A DNA stretch of 27,290 nucleotides, from positions 1-27,290 of the forward strand of contig CAZHPN010000070.1 of assembly GCA_964534375.1 (NCBI GenBank), in the 5' to 3' direction. The notes under the pieces are model-generated. The model saw only the letters and a list, made by a program, of their open reading frames with translations, made no database searches and was not told where the DNA came from. The translations under genes were made by a program, and so were the position numbers. Source of the DNA: an uncultured bacterium (GTDB lineage: Bacteria; Lernaellota; Lernaellaia; Lernaellales; Lernaellaceae). The stretch's first letter is position 1. Every line of letters starts with the position of its first letter. Of the stretch, positions 1-8,595 are shown one piece after another.

Positions 1-934
1 CGAGCTGCAGCAGATAGCCGTTGATCGTGGTCAATTCGGTGTCGCCGCTGCGGCATTGGATGACATCCTGCGCCATGCTGCTCATCACCATCTTGCGAAC
101 GTTTTTTTCGAACAGGGGCCGGGTAATGACTGTCGGCAGATTCGCCGCAGCCCAGATCAGCCGCCAGCCGGGCATGCCGCCGAGACTGCACTCGTGGTAG
201 CCGGCCTCGCGCACGATCTGGACGCCTTCGTACGCCATGCCGCTGAGAATTTTTTGAAACAGGGCCGGATCGGCGATGTCGCGTTGGCCGTGGCCGATCA
301 GCGTCGTAAACGAATTGGCGAGGTTGATGACCAGCTTGCTGTGCACCGCGTCCTGAATGTGCGGGCTGACGACGGTCTCGACGCCGCGGCCGAGAATCGC
401 CGCCAGCGCGTCCATCTCCGCCGCCAGTTCGCCTTGGAGCGTGCCGAGCACCAACGGGCCCTTTTTTTGGTAACCGATGACGCCCGGTTCGTCGGCCCAG
501 GCGTTGTAGGCGATGACGCAGTACGCGACTTTCGAGAAATATTTCGGCAAGATCCGTTGGTTTTCGGCGCCGTTCTGCATGCCGATGGCGATCGGCCGGT
601 CGCCTAGCTTTTTCGCGGCGGCGGCGGCGACCGCGTCGAGGCTGTAATTTTTCACGCCGAAGATCACGATGTCGGCGTCGGGCGCGTCGCCGAGGTCGTC
701 GAGCACCTTCACCGGCACGGTCGTCTTTTCCTCGGGGCGGTCGCCCGCATAGGTGGTGATGCCGCGCCGGCGCAGCGTCGCCGCGATTTCGCCGCGGTCG
801 ACCAGGAACAGGTTGTCGTAATGCGGGGCCAGCCAGGCGCCGACCGTGCCGCCGATGACGCCGGCGCCGCAGATGATGATTTTCGGGTTCGCAGGCAGCG
901 AACTGGGACTGGCAGCGCGAGACCAAAAAGCCAT
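1..934 (-). CDS. Ketopantoate reductase (ApbA/PanE)-family 2-oxo-acid reductase, partial (3' end runs off the window)
   Basis: Manual translation from ATG at 934 (GGAGG RBS at 945-941): MAFWSR...KIIICGAGVIGG (Rossmann motif), DIVIFGVKNY, GMQNG, HSKLVINL, SSMAQD, TELTTING. These match KPR-family motifs. The frame is open to the window edge. Confidence 0.88.
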   Translation of the reverse strand, partial: MAFWSRAASPSSLPANPKIIICGAGVIGGTVGAWLAPHYDNLFLVDRGEIAATLRRRGITTYAGDRPEEKTTVPVKVLDDLGDAPDADIVIFGVKNYSLDAVAAAAAKKLGDRPIAIGMQNGAENQRILPKYFSKVAYCVIAYNAWADEPGVIGYQKKGPLVLGTLQGELAAEMDALAAILGRGVETVVSPHIQDAVHSKLVINLANSFTTLIGHGQRDIADPALFQKILSGMAYEGVQIVREAGYHECSLGGMPGWRLIWAAANLPTVITRPLFEKNVRKMVMSSMAQDVIQCRSGDTELTTINGYLLQL

Positions 935-953
935 GGTTGTCCTCCGGGCTCGC

Positions 954-1838
954 TCAGGAAAATTTGATCGGCGAGCGGAAATTCGGATTCGGCAAATCGA
1001 AGCAACTCGACATGCCCTTGACGAAACGCGTCTGGAACGGCTGCTCCTCGATCGCGAGATTGCGCAACGGCTGCGCCGCGGGCGAGTCGCCGAGCGTCAA
1101 GAACGGCCGTTTCGCTTTGACGCCCTTCTGCCACAGAAGTTGCGGAAAAGCGTTGACGTTGAACGTCGCGGCGAAATTCGTTTCGCTTTGCAGCAGTTGG
1201 TCGTCCAGCCGCGTATACAGATTGGACTTCACATCGAATTTCGTCGGCTTGCCGGCGGTCGGCACGCGCAGGTCGAAATAGACGGCGCCCTCTTCGTCCT
1301 TGGCGACGGTGCGGCAATCGCCGTTCTCCTCGCGCACATCGATGTCCTGCACCACTTTGGGCAGGCCCCAGATCTTGCGGCCGCGAATTTGGTTCTCGAG
1401 CGACGTCACGGGCATCGAGAAGACGTAATAGCCGAATTCTTTGAAGACCGGCAGCAGCATTGGCAGGACGGGCACATTGACCAGCGGATCGACCATGACC
1501 GGAATCGTCATCGCGATTTCGTTGTACGGCGCGACCCCCAGCACATTGCGATACTCGTAGCAGGAAAAGGCGACGATGGCGCGGTCCAGCGGCATGCGCA
1601 CCGGCTTGATGCGCGGATGCAGCATGAGCTTCGCGGCGTTTTCGTACGGGCAAAGGAAAATGGCCATTGCGCAGGTGACGTCGCTGTAGAACGTCGGGAA
1701 GAGATAATCCTTGGCGACCTTGGCGTTCAACTGGAGCGGCTGCGGCGCGCGGCGCAGCACAAAACGCTTGAAGAAGTCGGTTTGGAAGCGGTCGTAGTTG
1801 TGCAGCATGGAAGCATCGATATCCCACGTCGGTTTCAT
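954..1838 (-). CDS. Acetoacetate decarboxylase-like superfamily protein (ADC paralog 1)
   Basis: PYNE motif and RGRKIWGLPK containing the Schiff-base Lys position. Start moved to ATG 1838 (MKPTWD) because of GAGGT at 1850-1846; the ORF track extends to 1892. Confidence 0.85.
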   Translation of the reverse strand: MKPTWDIDASMLHNYDRFQTDFFKRFVLRRAPQPLQLNAKVAKDYLFPTFYSDVTCAMAIFLCPYENAAKLMLHPRIKPVRMPLDRAIVAFSCYEYRNVLGVAPYNEIAMTIPVMVDPLVNVPVLPMLLPVFKEFGYYVFSMPVTSLENQIRGRKIWGLPKVVQDIDVREENGDCRTVAKDEEGAVYFDLRVPTAGKPTKFDVKSNLYTRLDDQLLQSETNFAATFNVNAFPQLLWQKGVKAKRPFLTLGDSPAAQPLRNLAIEEQPFQTRFVKGMSSCFDLPNPNFRSPIKFS

Positions 1839-2060
1839 GGTCCGTACCTCGTTTGTTCGCGTTGCAGGTCTTGCCGTTCCGCCTTTTAACACGGAATAAA
1901 CCCGCGCAACAGCCGCCGCGACCCGCTTTGCAGTTTTCTTATGGAAAAATACGCGACGATGATTAATGTGAAATCAACGACGTTTTCTCGTGCGAGAACG
2001 TCAAAAGAAAACAGCATTAATGGCGTGACGCTCTCTCTCAAACCGAAAGGAGAATAGCTT

Positions 2061-2768
2061 ATGAAACGATTGCTTCCGATCCTGGTCGCGGCCGTGGCGG
2101 TGTTCGCCATGATCTCCCCCGTCTCGACGGTCTTTGCGGCGGACGCCGCTGCCGATGAAAAGATCGACCTGAACAAGACCTTGGGCGTCGGTTTCGGCAT
2201 CTTTTCGCCGATCGGCGACTACGCGAATGCGAATGAATACAAGAGCATGCCGGCGTTCCTCGGCGCGCAATTGTACGTGCGTTACTGGATGATGGACAAA
2301 CTTGCCTTCGAGCCGGAATTGCAGGTGAATTCGTATTCCAGCAACTCCAAATACGCGGCCACCCCGAATACTCCGCCCACGCCCATTTCGACGGTCAATA
2401 ACGACTCGATTTTGAGCGGGAGCGCCAAGAACGCCGGGAGCGCCATCCTCATCATCCATCCGCAGTTGATCGTCCTCTATTCGCTCATCACGACGAACTC
2501 GACGCGTTTCGAAATCGGCGGCGGTCTCGGCCTCGACTTCGGCAGCCTCTCAAAAGGAAAAACCGCGACGGACGAGGGCGCCGACATCCCGATCGAGTTC
2601 GGCGTCGAGCATTTCTTCACCAAGTGGTTTTCGATGGACGTGGGCGCGTCGTTCGACCTGTTCGGTTACGATGCGCAGAAGATCGGCACCAAGACCAGCA
2701 CCAGCGCGGCGGTCTTCAATCTCGATTCGACCAACCTATTCCTGAACTTCATGGTGTACACGAAGTAG
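2061..2768 (+). CDS. Secreted outer-membrane beta-barrel protein (small, probably 8-stranded)
   Basis: AAGGAG RBS, Sec signal peptide (MKRLLPILVAAVAVF...VFA|AD), alternating hydrophobic/aromatic beta-strands (e.g. IPIEFGVEHFFTKWFSMDVGASF), aromatic C-terminal strand FMVYTK. Confidence 0.7.
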   Translation: MKRLLPILVAAVAVFAMISPVSTVFAADAAADEKIDLNKTLGVGFGIFSPIGDYANANEYKSMPAFLGAQLYVRYWMMDKLAFEPELQVNSYSSNSKYAATPNTPPTPISTVNNDSILSGSAKNAGSAILIIHPQLIVLYSLITTNSTRFEIGGGLGLDFGSLSKGKTATDEGADIPIEFGVEHFFTKWFSMDVGASFDLFGYDAQKIGTKTSTSAAVFNLDSTNLFLNFMVYTK

Positions 2769-2789
2769 ACTGGCTGCCGAGCCGCTCCG

Positions 2790-2827
2790 GCGGGCGAAGG
2801 GCGCAAGCCTTTCGCCCGCTTTGTTTT
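2790..2827 (+). terminator. Rho-independent terminator of the beta-barrel gene
   Basis: GCGGGCGAAGGGC-GCAA-GCCTTTCGCCCGC: 13 bp stem with one G-U pair and a GNRA loop, followed by TTTGTTTT, 21 nt after the stop codon. Confidence 0.9.
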
Positions 2828-3028
2828 GGCGCGCCGCCAAATCCGCGATTGAGCGCTTTATCTCGCCAAAAGCGCAGCCCTGGGCGCGTTTGGCGAGATT
2901 CGACGAAGACCTCTTCGGCGACCGCGGCGCCATGCAGACAACCAGCCGGAATCCGCCCGGCGTCGCCGGAACAACCGGAGCGCAGATTTTGCAAGCGTTC
3001 AACCGCGGATTTGGCGCGCCGCGGTTGA
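2825..3028. repeat. Intergenic element with long imperfect terminal inverted repeats and internal hairpins
   Basis: GCCAAATCCGCGATTGAGCGCT (2836-2857) pairs with AGCGTTCAACCGCGGATTTGGC (2994-3015), with 1 mismatch and 1 G-T. Internal perfect IR ATCTCGCCAAA/TTTGGCGAGAT (2860-2870, 2889-2899). Direct repeat TTTGGCGCGCCGC at 2825 and 3010. Confidence 0.65.
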
Positions 3029-3057
3029 TTGACAGGGGGGCGTCGGCCCGATAAATT
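3029..3057 (+). promoter_or_regulatory. Sigma70-type promoter of the 3102-9102 operon
   Basis: TTGACA (3029-3034), 17 bp spacer, TAAATT (3052-3057), about 45 nt upstream of ATG 3102. Confidence 0.75.
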
Positions 3058-3101
3058 GCGTTGCCTTTTGCGCCCTGGGACGGGGAGAGGGATAGGGGCC
3101 T

Positions 3102-5399
3102 ATGACCGAATCCGCTGACCGTTCGGTTTTCCGGACGACGCTGCTGGTCGGAACGCTGTCGTTTTCCGCGATCATGTTCGAGTTGATCATCTCGCGGATG
3201 TCGGTGTTCTACCTGAATTATTCCAACAGCTTCATCGCCATTCCGTTGGCGCTGTTCGGGCTGGCGATCGGCAGCCTGCGGATGCATATCGGCAAAGACA
3301 CGCTGGAGAAGGTCCACATCGGTCGGCAATTGGCCTGGCTGGTCGGTTCGTCGTTTTTCTCGTTCGCGTTCATCTTCCTGTTGTTCAGCCGCTTCCTGGC
3401 GATCAGTTTTCCCTTTCAGATCGACTGGGTCTCGACGCTCAAGACCGCCGCGTTCGTCATCGGTTTTCTGCCGCCGTTCTATTTCATCGGGATGACGCTG
3501 ACCGCGCTGTTCTATTTGAATCGCGGGCACATCGGCCGGCTGTACGCCGGCGACCTGTTCGGCGCGTCGCTCGGCGCGTTCGCGACGCCTGTCCTGTTCC
3601 ACTTTTTCGATCTGCCGTACCTGATCTTCATCTGCCTGTTCGGCATGAGCGTGGTCTCGGTGCTGTTCCTGCCGCGGCGCCGGTGGGCCGCGTTCGCCGC
3701 GTTCGCGGCGGTCAACGTCGCCGTCTTGGGCGCGCTGATTTTCCTCGAAGGCTCCTACGATCTGTCGCACGCGATTCTGGCCAACGCCAACCAGAAGGTT
3801 ACGGAAATCGCGCACCGGTGGAACGAATACTCGCGCGTCTCGCTGCTGCGAATCACCGACAAGACGACAAAAGAATCGACCTACCGCATGATTCACGACA
3901 ATGCGGAAAGCAACGTCTACCTCGACGCCTACGACCCGGCGCCGAAAAGCCTCGAGGGGCTCGACAAGCGCATCACGCTGCCGATGTTCCTGCCCAACCG
4001 CCGGGTCGACGACGTGCTGGTCATGTTCGCCGGCTGCGGGCGGCAGATGGTGCAGTACTACATGCAGTCGCAGGGCCACGTGCGCGTCACCGGCGTCGAA
4101 CTGAACCCGCTGGTGCGCGACCTGATCCTGAAAACGCCCGAAATGAAAAAGTTCCGCCTCGACGAATTCTACCGCGCGCCGGGCGTCAATCTGGTCTTGA
4201 AAGAGGGCCGCTATTTCATGGAGAACGACCCGCGGCAGTACGACGTGATCTTCGTCGGCTCCGACGCGGCGACGTCGCAGGTCAAAACCGGCCATAGCCG
4301 CAAGTACCTCGACACCAAGGAGGCGATGGCCGAATACCTGCGCCACCTGCGGCCCAACGGCATGATGGTCTTTCACTGCACGCCGTCCGGCCACAAGTTG
4401 CTGTCGCTGCACGAAATCTACAAGGAACGCGGGTGGACCAACCTGGGCGAGAACCTGATCCTGGCGTCGCCGCGGATGGACGACTGCGACTATCTTGTGT
4501 ACTCGGCCTCCGGCTTCACGCCCGAGGAAATCGAAACGATCGCCAAACCGCCGTTCATGCGGCCGCGGGAAATCCAGTACCAGCCCGGCGGGGAGCATAA
4601 CAATCCGATGGTGCTGGGCCTGATGCAGGGCAAAGAGACGCCGCAGATCAAACTCGTCACCGACGACGATCCGTTCATCGTCCATATCGATGTGCACAGC
4701 TTCAAGCTGTTTCCGCCGCTGCAGATCCTGCGAAACGTCAATTACTACAAGGGCTGGATCAAGATCGTCACGCTGATTGTCATCGGCATCGTGCTCGTGG
4801 CGATCCTGGCCGGGCTGTACATCGGCCGCGCGAACATGCCGCCGCCGAACATGATGCTCTACCTCTTGCTGACCGGCGTCAGTTACATGCTGTGCGAAAT
4901 CGCCTTTATTGCGAAGCTCGAGTTGTTCATGGGCAACCCGCTGTACAGCATGGCGCTGCTGCTGACGATTTTCCTGATGGCCAACGCGCTGGGAAGCTGG
5001 CTCTACAACAAGCTGCAGACGCGCTTGAACATGACCGTCGCGCCGCTGCTGGTCGCCGGCGTGATCCTGCTGACGATGGCCGCCATGAAGCCGATGGTCG
5101 AGAACCTGCTCGGCCTGCCGCTGATCGCCAAAATCCCGCTCGTGATCCTGCTGACCTTCCCGGTCGGCGTGTGCCTCGGGCTCTTTTATCCGTACGTCGT
5201 CACGTGGTTGACCAACAACGGCCGCGGCTCGGCCGTGCCGATCACCTACGCGGTCAGCACGCTCTCGTCGGTCGCCGGCGCCTCGTACGCGATGACGATG
5301 ATCGTCAACTTCGGGTATACTCACTTGCTGTATCAAGCCGTCGCCGGCTACATTCTCTTGGGAGTGCTCATGCCATTCGCCAACCGGCTGGTCAAATGA
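3102..5399 (+). CDS. Membrane-embedded spermidine-synthase-like / class I SAM-binding protein (TM bundle - SAM domain - TM bundle)
   Basis: About 7 N-terminal TM segments (FELIISR, LYAGDLFGASLG), a central domain with VLVMFAGCG, VTGVELNP, EGRYFM, YDVIF, YLRHLRPNG and VTDDDPF, then about 6-7 C-terminal TM segments. Confidence 0.82.
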   Translation: MTESADRSVFRTTLLVGTLSFSAIMFELIISRMSVFYLNYSNSFIAIPLALFGLAIGSLRMHIGKDTLEKVHIGRQLAWLVGSSFFSFAFIFLLFSRFLAISFPFQIDWVSTLKTAAFVIGFLPPFYFIGMTLTALFYLNRGHIGRLYAGDLFGASLGAFATPVLFHFFDLPYLIFICLFGMSVVSVLFLPRRRWAAFAAFAAVNVAVLGALIFLEGSYDLSHAILANANQKVTEIAHRWNEYSRVSLLRITDKTTKESTYRMIHDNAESNVYLDAYDPAPKSLEGLDKRITLPMFLPNRRVDDVLVMFAGCGRQMVQYYMQSQGHVRVTGVELNPLVRDLILKTPEMKKFRLDEFYRAPGVNLVLKEGRYFMENDPRQYDVIFVGSDAATSQVKTGHSRKYLDTKEAMAEYLRHLRPNGMMVFHCTPSGHKLLSLHEIYKERGWTNLGENLILASPRMDDCDYLVYSASGFTPEEIETIAKPPFMRPREIQYQPGGEHNNPMVLGLMQGKETPQIKLVTDDDPFIVHIDVHSFKLFPPLQILRNVNYYKGWIKIVTLIVIGIVLVAILAGLYIGRANMPPPNMMLYLLLTGVSYMLCEIAFIAKLELFMGNPLYSMALLLTIFLMANALGSWLYNKLQTRLNMTVAPLLVAGVILLTMAAMKPMVENLLGLPLIAKIPLVILLTFPVGVCLGLFYPYVVTWLTNNGRGSAVPITYAVSTLSSVAGASYAMTMIVNFGYTHLLYQAVAGYILLGVLMPFANRLVK

Positions 5400-7738
5400 C
5401 CGGATTGTTCCTTCGGGGCCGCGCGCCCCGGCGGTACCTCCTCCTGATCCTGGCCCTCGCCGCCCTGACCTGGTCATTCCAGGCGCGCGCCGAAGACGCG
5501 CTGCCGATCGACGCCAGTCCTGCGCCGGTCGAAGCTGCACCGGCTCCCGCGGTCGCGCCGGGCGCGATCGACGGCCTGGCGATCGTCAAAGGCGTGCGAG
5601 ATCCCGTCGCCGGAGCGACGGTGAAACTGGTCGAGGCCGAACGTGAAACGACGACCGACGCCAAAGGCCGATTCCAGTTCGCCGACGTGCCGCCGGGCAC
5701 GTACGTGCTGACCATCCAAGAGGAATCGATCAAGAAATTTTCGCTGACCGTCGTCGTGAAATCAGCGATGACCGCGAAATTGCGCTGCTACATCACCCGG
5801 CTCGGCTATTCGCTCGACGAAGTCGTGGTCACGACCAAGAAAGAGGATTCGGAAACCACGCGCAACGAAATCAGCAAGCAGGAGCTGACCGGCGTGCCGG
5901 GCGCGAACAATGACGTGATCCGCGTCATCCAGAATCTGCCCGGCGTCGCGGCGACCGGCCCGGGCGGCTTCGGCGACCCGACGGGCCTGGTCATTCGGGG
6001 GACGAGCCCGGAGAACAGCGCGTACCTGTTCAACGATTTCCCGATCCCGCAGCTCTTTCATTTCGGCGAGGCGATTTCGACCATCAACTCCGAGCTGATC
6101 GACGACATCGTGTATTACCCCGGCGGCTTCGACGTGAAATACGGCCAGGCGCTCGGCGGCGTGGTCGACGTGATCAGCCGGAGCCCGCGGACCGACCGCT
6201 TCGGCGGCGTCGTCGACCTGGCCACCTATTCGTCGTACATCATGTTCGAGGGGCCGGCCGGGCCGAACTTCAGTTGGGCGGGGTCGGTGCGGCGCAGTTT
6301 CATCGACTTTCTGCTGCCGCTGGTGGTGCCGAAGAACGAGGCGGAATTTACGCTGCTGCCGAGCTTCTACGATTACAGCGCGATCTTCGAGTACGCGCCC
6401 AACGCCAACAACCACATCCGCGCGACGTTCGCCGGCTCCGACGACCGCGTCGGCCTGATCGGCCACGTCGACGCCAACGAGCCGTTCGCCGGCTCGGCGT
6501 TCAACATGGTCGTCGATTGGCACCAGGGGAACATTCGCTGGGACGCCACGCCCACGGCGTCGATCGCCAATACGCTCGCGGTGAACTTCCTCTACTCCGT
6601 CACCCTCGACAACTTCGGCGCCGGCATGAAGGTCGACATCGCCGAGCTGGCCCCGACCATCCGCGACGACTTCTCGGTGAAAATCGGCTCCTGGAACAAC
6701 GTGCGCTGGGGCGTCGAAGGCGACATGGGGAACTACGACCTGAATCTGAACGTCATCCATCCGCCGGCGGAAGGCCACCCGGGCGAGGGCCTTTCCAACA
6801 GCGACATTTCCCGGCAGCAGTTCACGCTCAACGCGTACGGCGGCTTTGCGTATCTCGACGATGTAATGAAGCCGGCGTCGTGGGTGCAAATAACGCCGGG
6901 CATCCGCACCGACTACAGCGCCTATCTCGGGCGGGCCAGCTACGATCCGCGGCTGTTGACGAAGTGGTTTCCCACCAAAGAGACGACGATCAAAGCCACG
7001 GTCGGCGTTTATCATCAATGGCCCTCGGGCGATGAAATCGTCAAAGGCTACGGCAATCCGCATCTCGACGCGCAGGCGGCATACGAGGGCGTGCTGGGCT
7101 GCGAATACGATTTCGGCCAGGGCTGGACCGTCGACGGCGAAGGCTACTACAAATATTTGAACAATCTGGCGACGCCGACCAATCCGGGCGCCGCCGAGCC
7201 GTATCTCAACACGGGCATCGGCTACATTTACGGCGCCGAATTGCTGGCGCGCAAGAAACTGACCGACCGGCTGATGGGCTGGCTCTCGTACACCTATTCG
7301 GTCTCGATGCGCAAAGACACGCCCACGTCTCCGTGGCGCTATTTCGACGAGGACCAACGGCACAATTTCATCATTCTGGCCAACTACACGTTCGGCGAGA
7401 CCAAGCAATGGCGACTCGGCGCCAAATGGCAATTCTTCACGGGCATGCCGTACACGCCGATCATCGGCTCGATCTACAACTCGGACACCGACAGCTATCT
7501 GCCGCTGTACGACCCGCGCGTCAACACCCAGCGCATGCCGTCGTACAGCCAGTTGGACGTGCGCGTCGACAAGTTGTGGATATTCAACAATTGGACGCTC
7601 AACACCTATCTCGACTTGCAGAACGTTTACTGGAGCAAATACCCGGTCGGCTATCTGTACAACTACAATTACACGCAGCAAAAAGAGGTGTCGCTCGCGC
7701 CGTTTTTCCCGTCGATCGGCATCGACGCGCGGTTCTGA
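5396..7738 (+). CDS. TonB-dependent outer-membrane receptor with N-terminal carboxypeptidase-regulatory-like domain
   Basis: ATG 5396 overlaps the upstream stop (ATGA). Signal peptide ending ARA|ED, TTTDAKGRFQFADVPPGTYVL prealbumin-like domain, TonB-box-like LDEVVVT, plug motifs IRG and YYPGGF..KYG.ALGGVV, barrel strands, C-terminal Phe (DARF). Confidence 0.92.
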   Translation: MTGLFLRGRAPRRYLLLILALAALTWSFQARAEDALPIDASPAPVEAAPAPAVAPGAIDGLAIVKGVRDPVAGATVKLVEAERETTTDAKGRFQFADVPPGTYVLTIQEESIKKFSLTVVVKSAMTAKLRCYITRLGYSLDEVVVTTKKEDSETTRNEISKQELTGVPGANNDVIRVIQNLPGVAATGPGGFGDPTGLVIRGTSPENSAYLFNDFPIPQLFHFGEAISTINSELIDDIVYYPGGFDVKYGQALGGVVDVISRSPRTDRFGGVVDLATYSSYIMFEGPAGPNFSWAGSVRRSFIDFLLPLVVPKNEAEFTLLPSFYDYSAIFEYAPNANNHIRATFAGSDDRVGLIGHVDANEPFAGSAFNMVVDWHQGNIRWDATPTASIANTLAVNFLYSVTLDNFGAGMKVDIAELAPTIRDDFSVKIGSWNNVRWGVEGDMGNYDLNLNVIHPPAEGHPGEGLSNSDISRQQFTLNAYGGFAYLDDVMKPASWVQITPGIRTDYSAYLGRASYDPRLLTKWFPTKETTIKATVGVYHQWPSGDEIVKGYGNPHLDAQAAYEGVLGCEYDFGQGWTVDGEGYYKYLNNLATPTNPGAAEPYLNTGIGYIYGAELLARKKLTDRLMGWLSYTYSVSMRKDTPTSPWRYFDEDQRHNFIILANYTFGETKQWRLGAKWQFFTGMPYTPIIGSIYNSDTDSYLPLYDPRVNTQRMPSYSQLDVRVDKLWIFNNWTLNTYLDLQNVYWSKYPVGYLYNYNYTQQKEVSLAPFFPSIGIDARF

Positions 7739-7754
7739 GGCAAGGAGAGGCTGC

Positions 7755-8582
7755 ATGAAAACCAAGGCGTGGAGGAGATCGGCGGCCGCACTGGCGTGCC
7801 TCGCGACCGCCGCGCTGTGCGGCTGCGGCAAGCCGTTTACGTCGGCCAGCTTCATCAACGACCAACGGTTCCTGGCCATCATCGCCGACCCGCTCGAGGC
7901 GTCGCCCGGCGACCCGTTTACGTTTTCGGCGGTCATCACCAACAAGGACGGCTCGCTCTATGCCGGTCCGGTCGCCTGGGCCGTCGTCACCGGCGACACG
8001 TTGCGCGAACAAGGCCAGGCGAACATCGATCCCAACGACGAGTACCTTCAGATGCCGGGTCAACCGGGCTTCGCCTGGCTCGCGCCGGCCGCCGCCGATC
8101 TGCCCGCGAAATTCGGCTCGCCCGAGAAAAACGGCTATCTGGTGACGGTCGCCGCGATGGCGTTCGAAAATGGCGATCTCAACGGCGCATCGTTCGCCGC
8201 CTTCAAGCTCTTCATCATTTCCGACAAGCCGGCGGCGGAGCGGGACATCAATCCGACCATCAAATACGTGGATGTTTTCGCCAATGGCAAGCAGATCACG
8301 CCGGGCACGAAGGGCAGTTACTTCGCCCCTCGCGGCACCGCCGTGCTCGAGGCCCAACCGGAGCAGAACCTCGGCGCCCTGACCTATCACTGGTTCGCGA
8401 CCTATGAGGATTTCGCACCGAGCCTCGGCGCCACGCAAAAACTCGCCCCCGACGCCGACGGCGGCTACGCCGTTTATCTCGTACTGCGGCAGAGTTACTT
8501 TTTCGAACACGATGATTCGACGAAAACGCGCATCACCGGCGAAGACTGGCGACGCACCGAAGTCGTGTTCTACGGCAGCTAG
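7755..8582 (+). CDS. Lipoprotein of unknown function, probable partner of the TonB-dependent receptor
   Basis: GGAGAGG RBS, basic N-terminus, hydrophobic stretch and lipobox LCG|C, beta-rich mature region, 16 bp after the receptor stop. Confidence 0.75.
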   Translation: MKTKAWRRSAAALACLATAALCGCGKPFTSASFINDQRFLAIIADPLEASPGDPFTFSAVITNKDGSLYAGPVAWAVVTGDTLREQGQANIDPNDEYLQMPGQPGFAWLAPAAADLPAKFGSPEKNGYLVTVAAMAFENGDLNGASFAAFKLFIISDKPAAERDINPTIKYVDVFANGKQITPGTKGSYFAPRGTAVLEAQPEQNLGALTYHWFATYEDFAPSLGATQKLAPDADGGYAVYLVLRQSYFFEHDDSTKTRITGEDWRRTEVVFYGS

Positions 8583-8595
8583 CGCGGAGCACCCT

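Noticed and set aside
56..607. Plus-strand 183 aa ORF
   Set aside because: Shadow of the minus-strand ketopantoate-reductase-like gene, which carries the recognisable motifs.
4892..5395. 168 aa N-terminal extension of the TonB receptor given by the ORF track
   Set aside because: It overlaps the upstream membrane gene. The signal peptide starts at ATG 5396 with an ATGA overlap.
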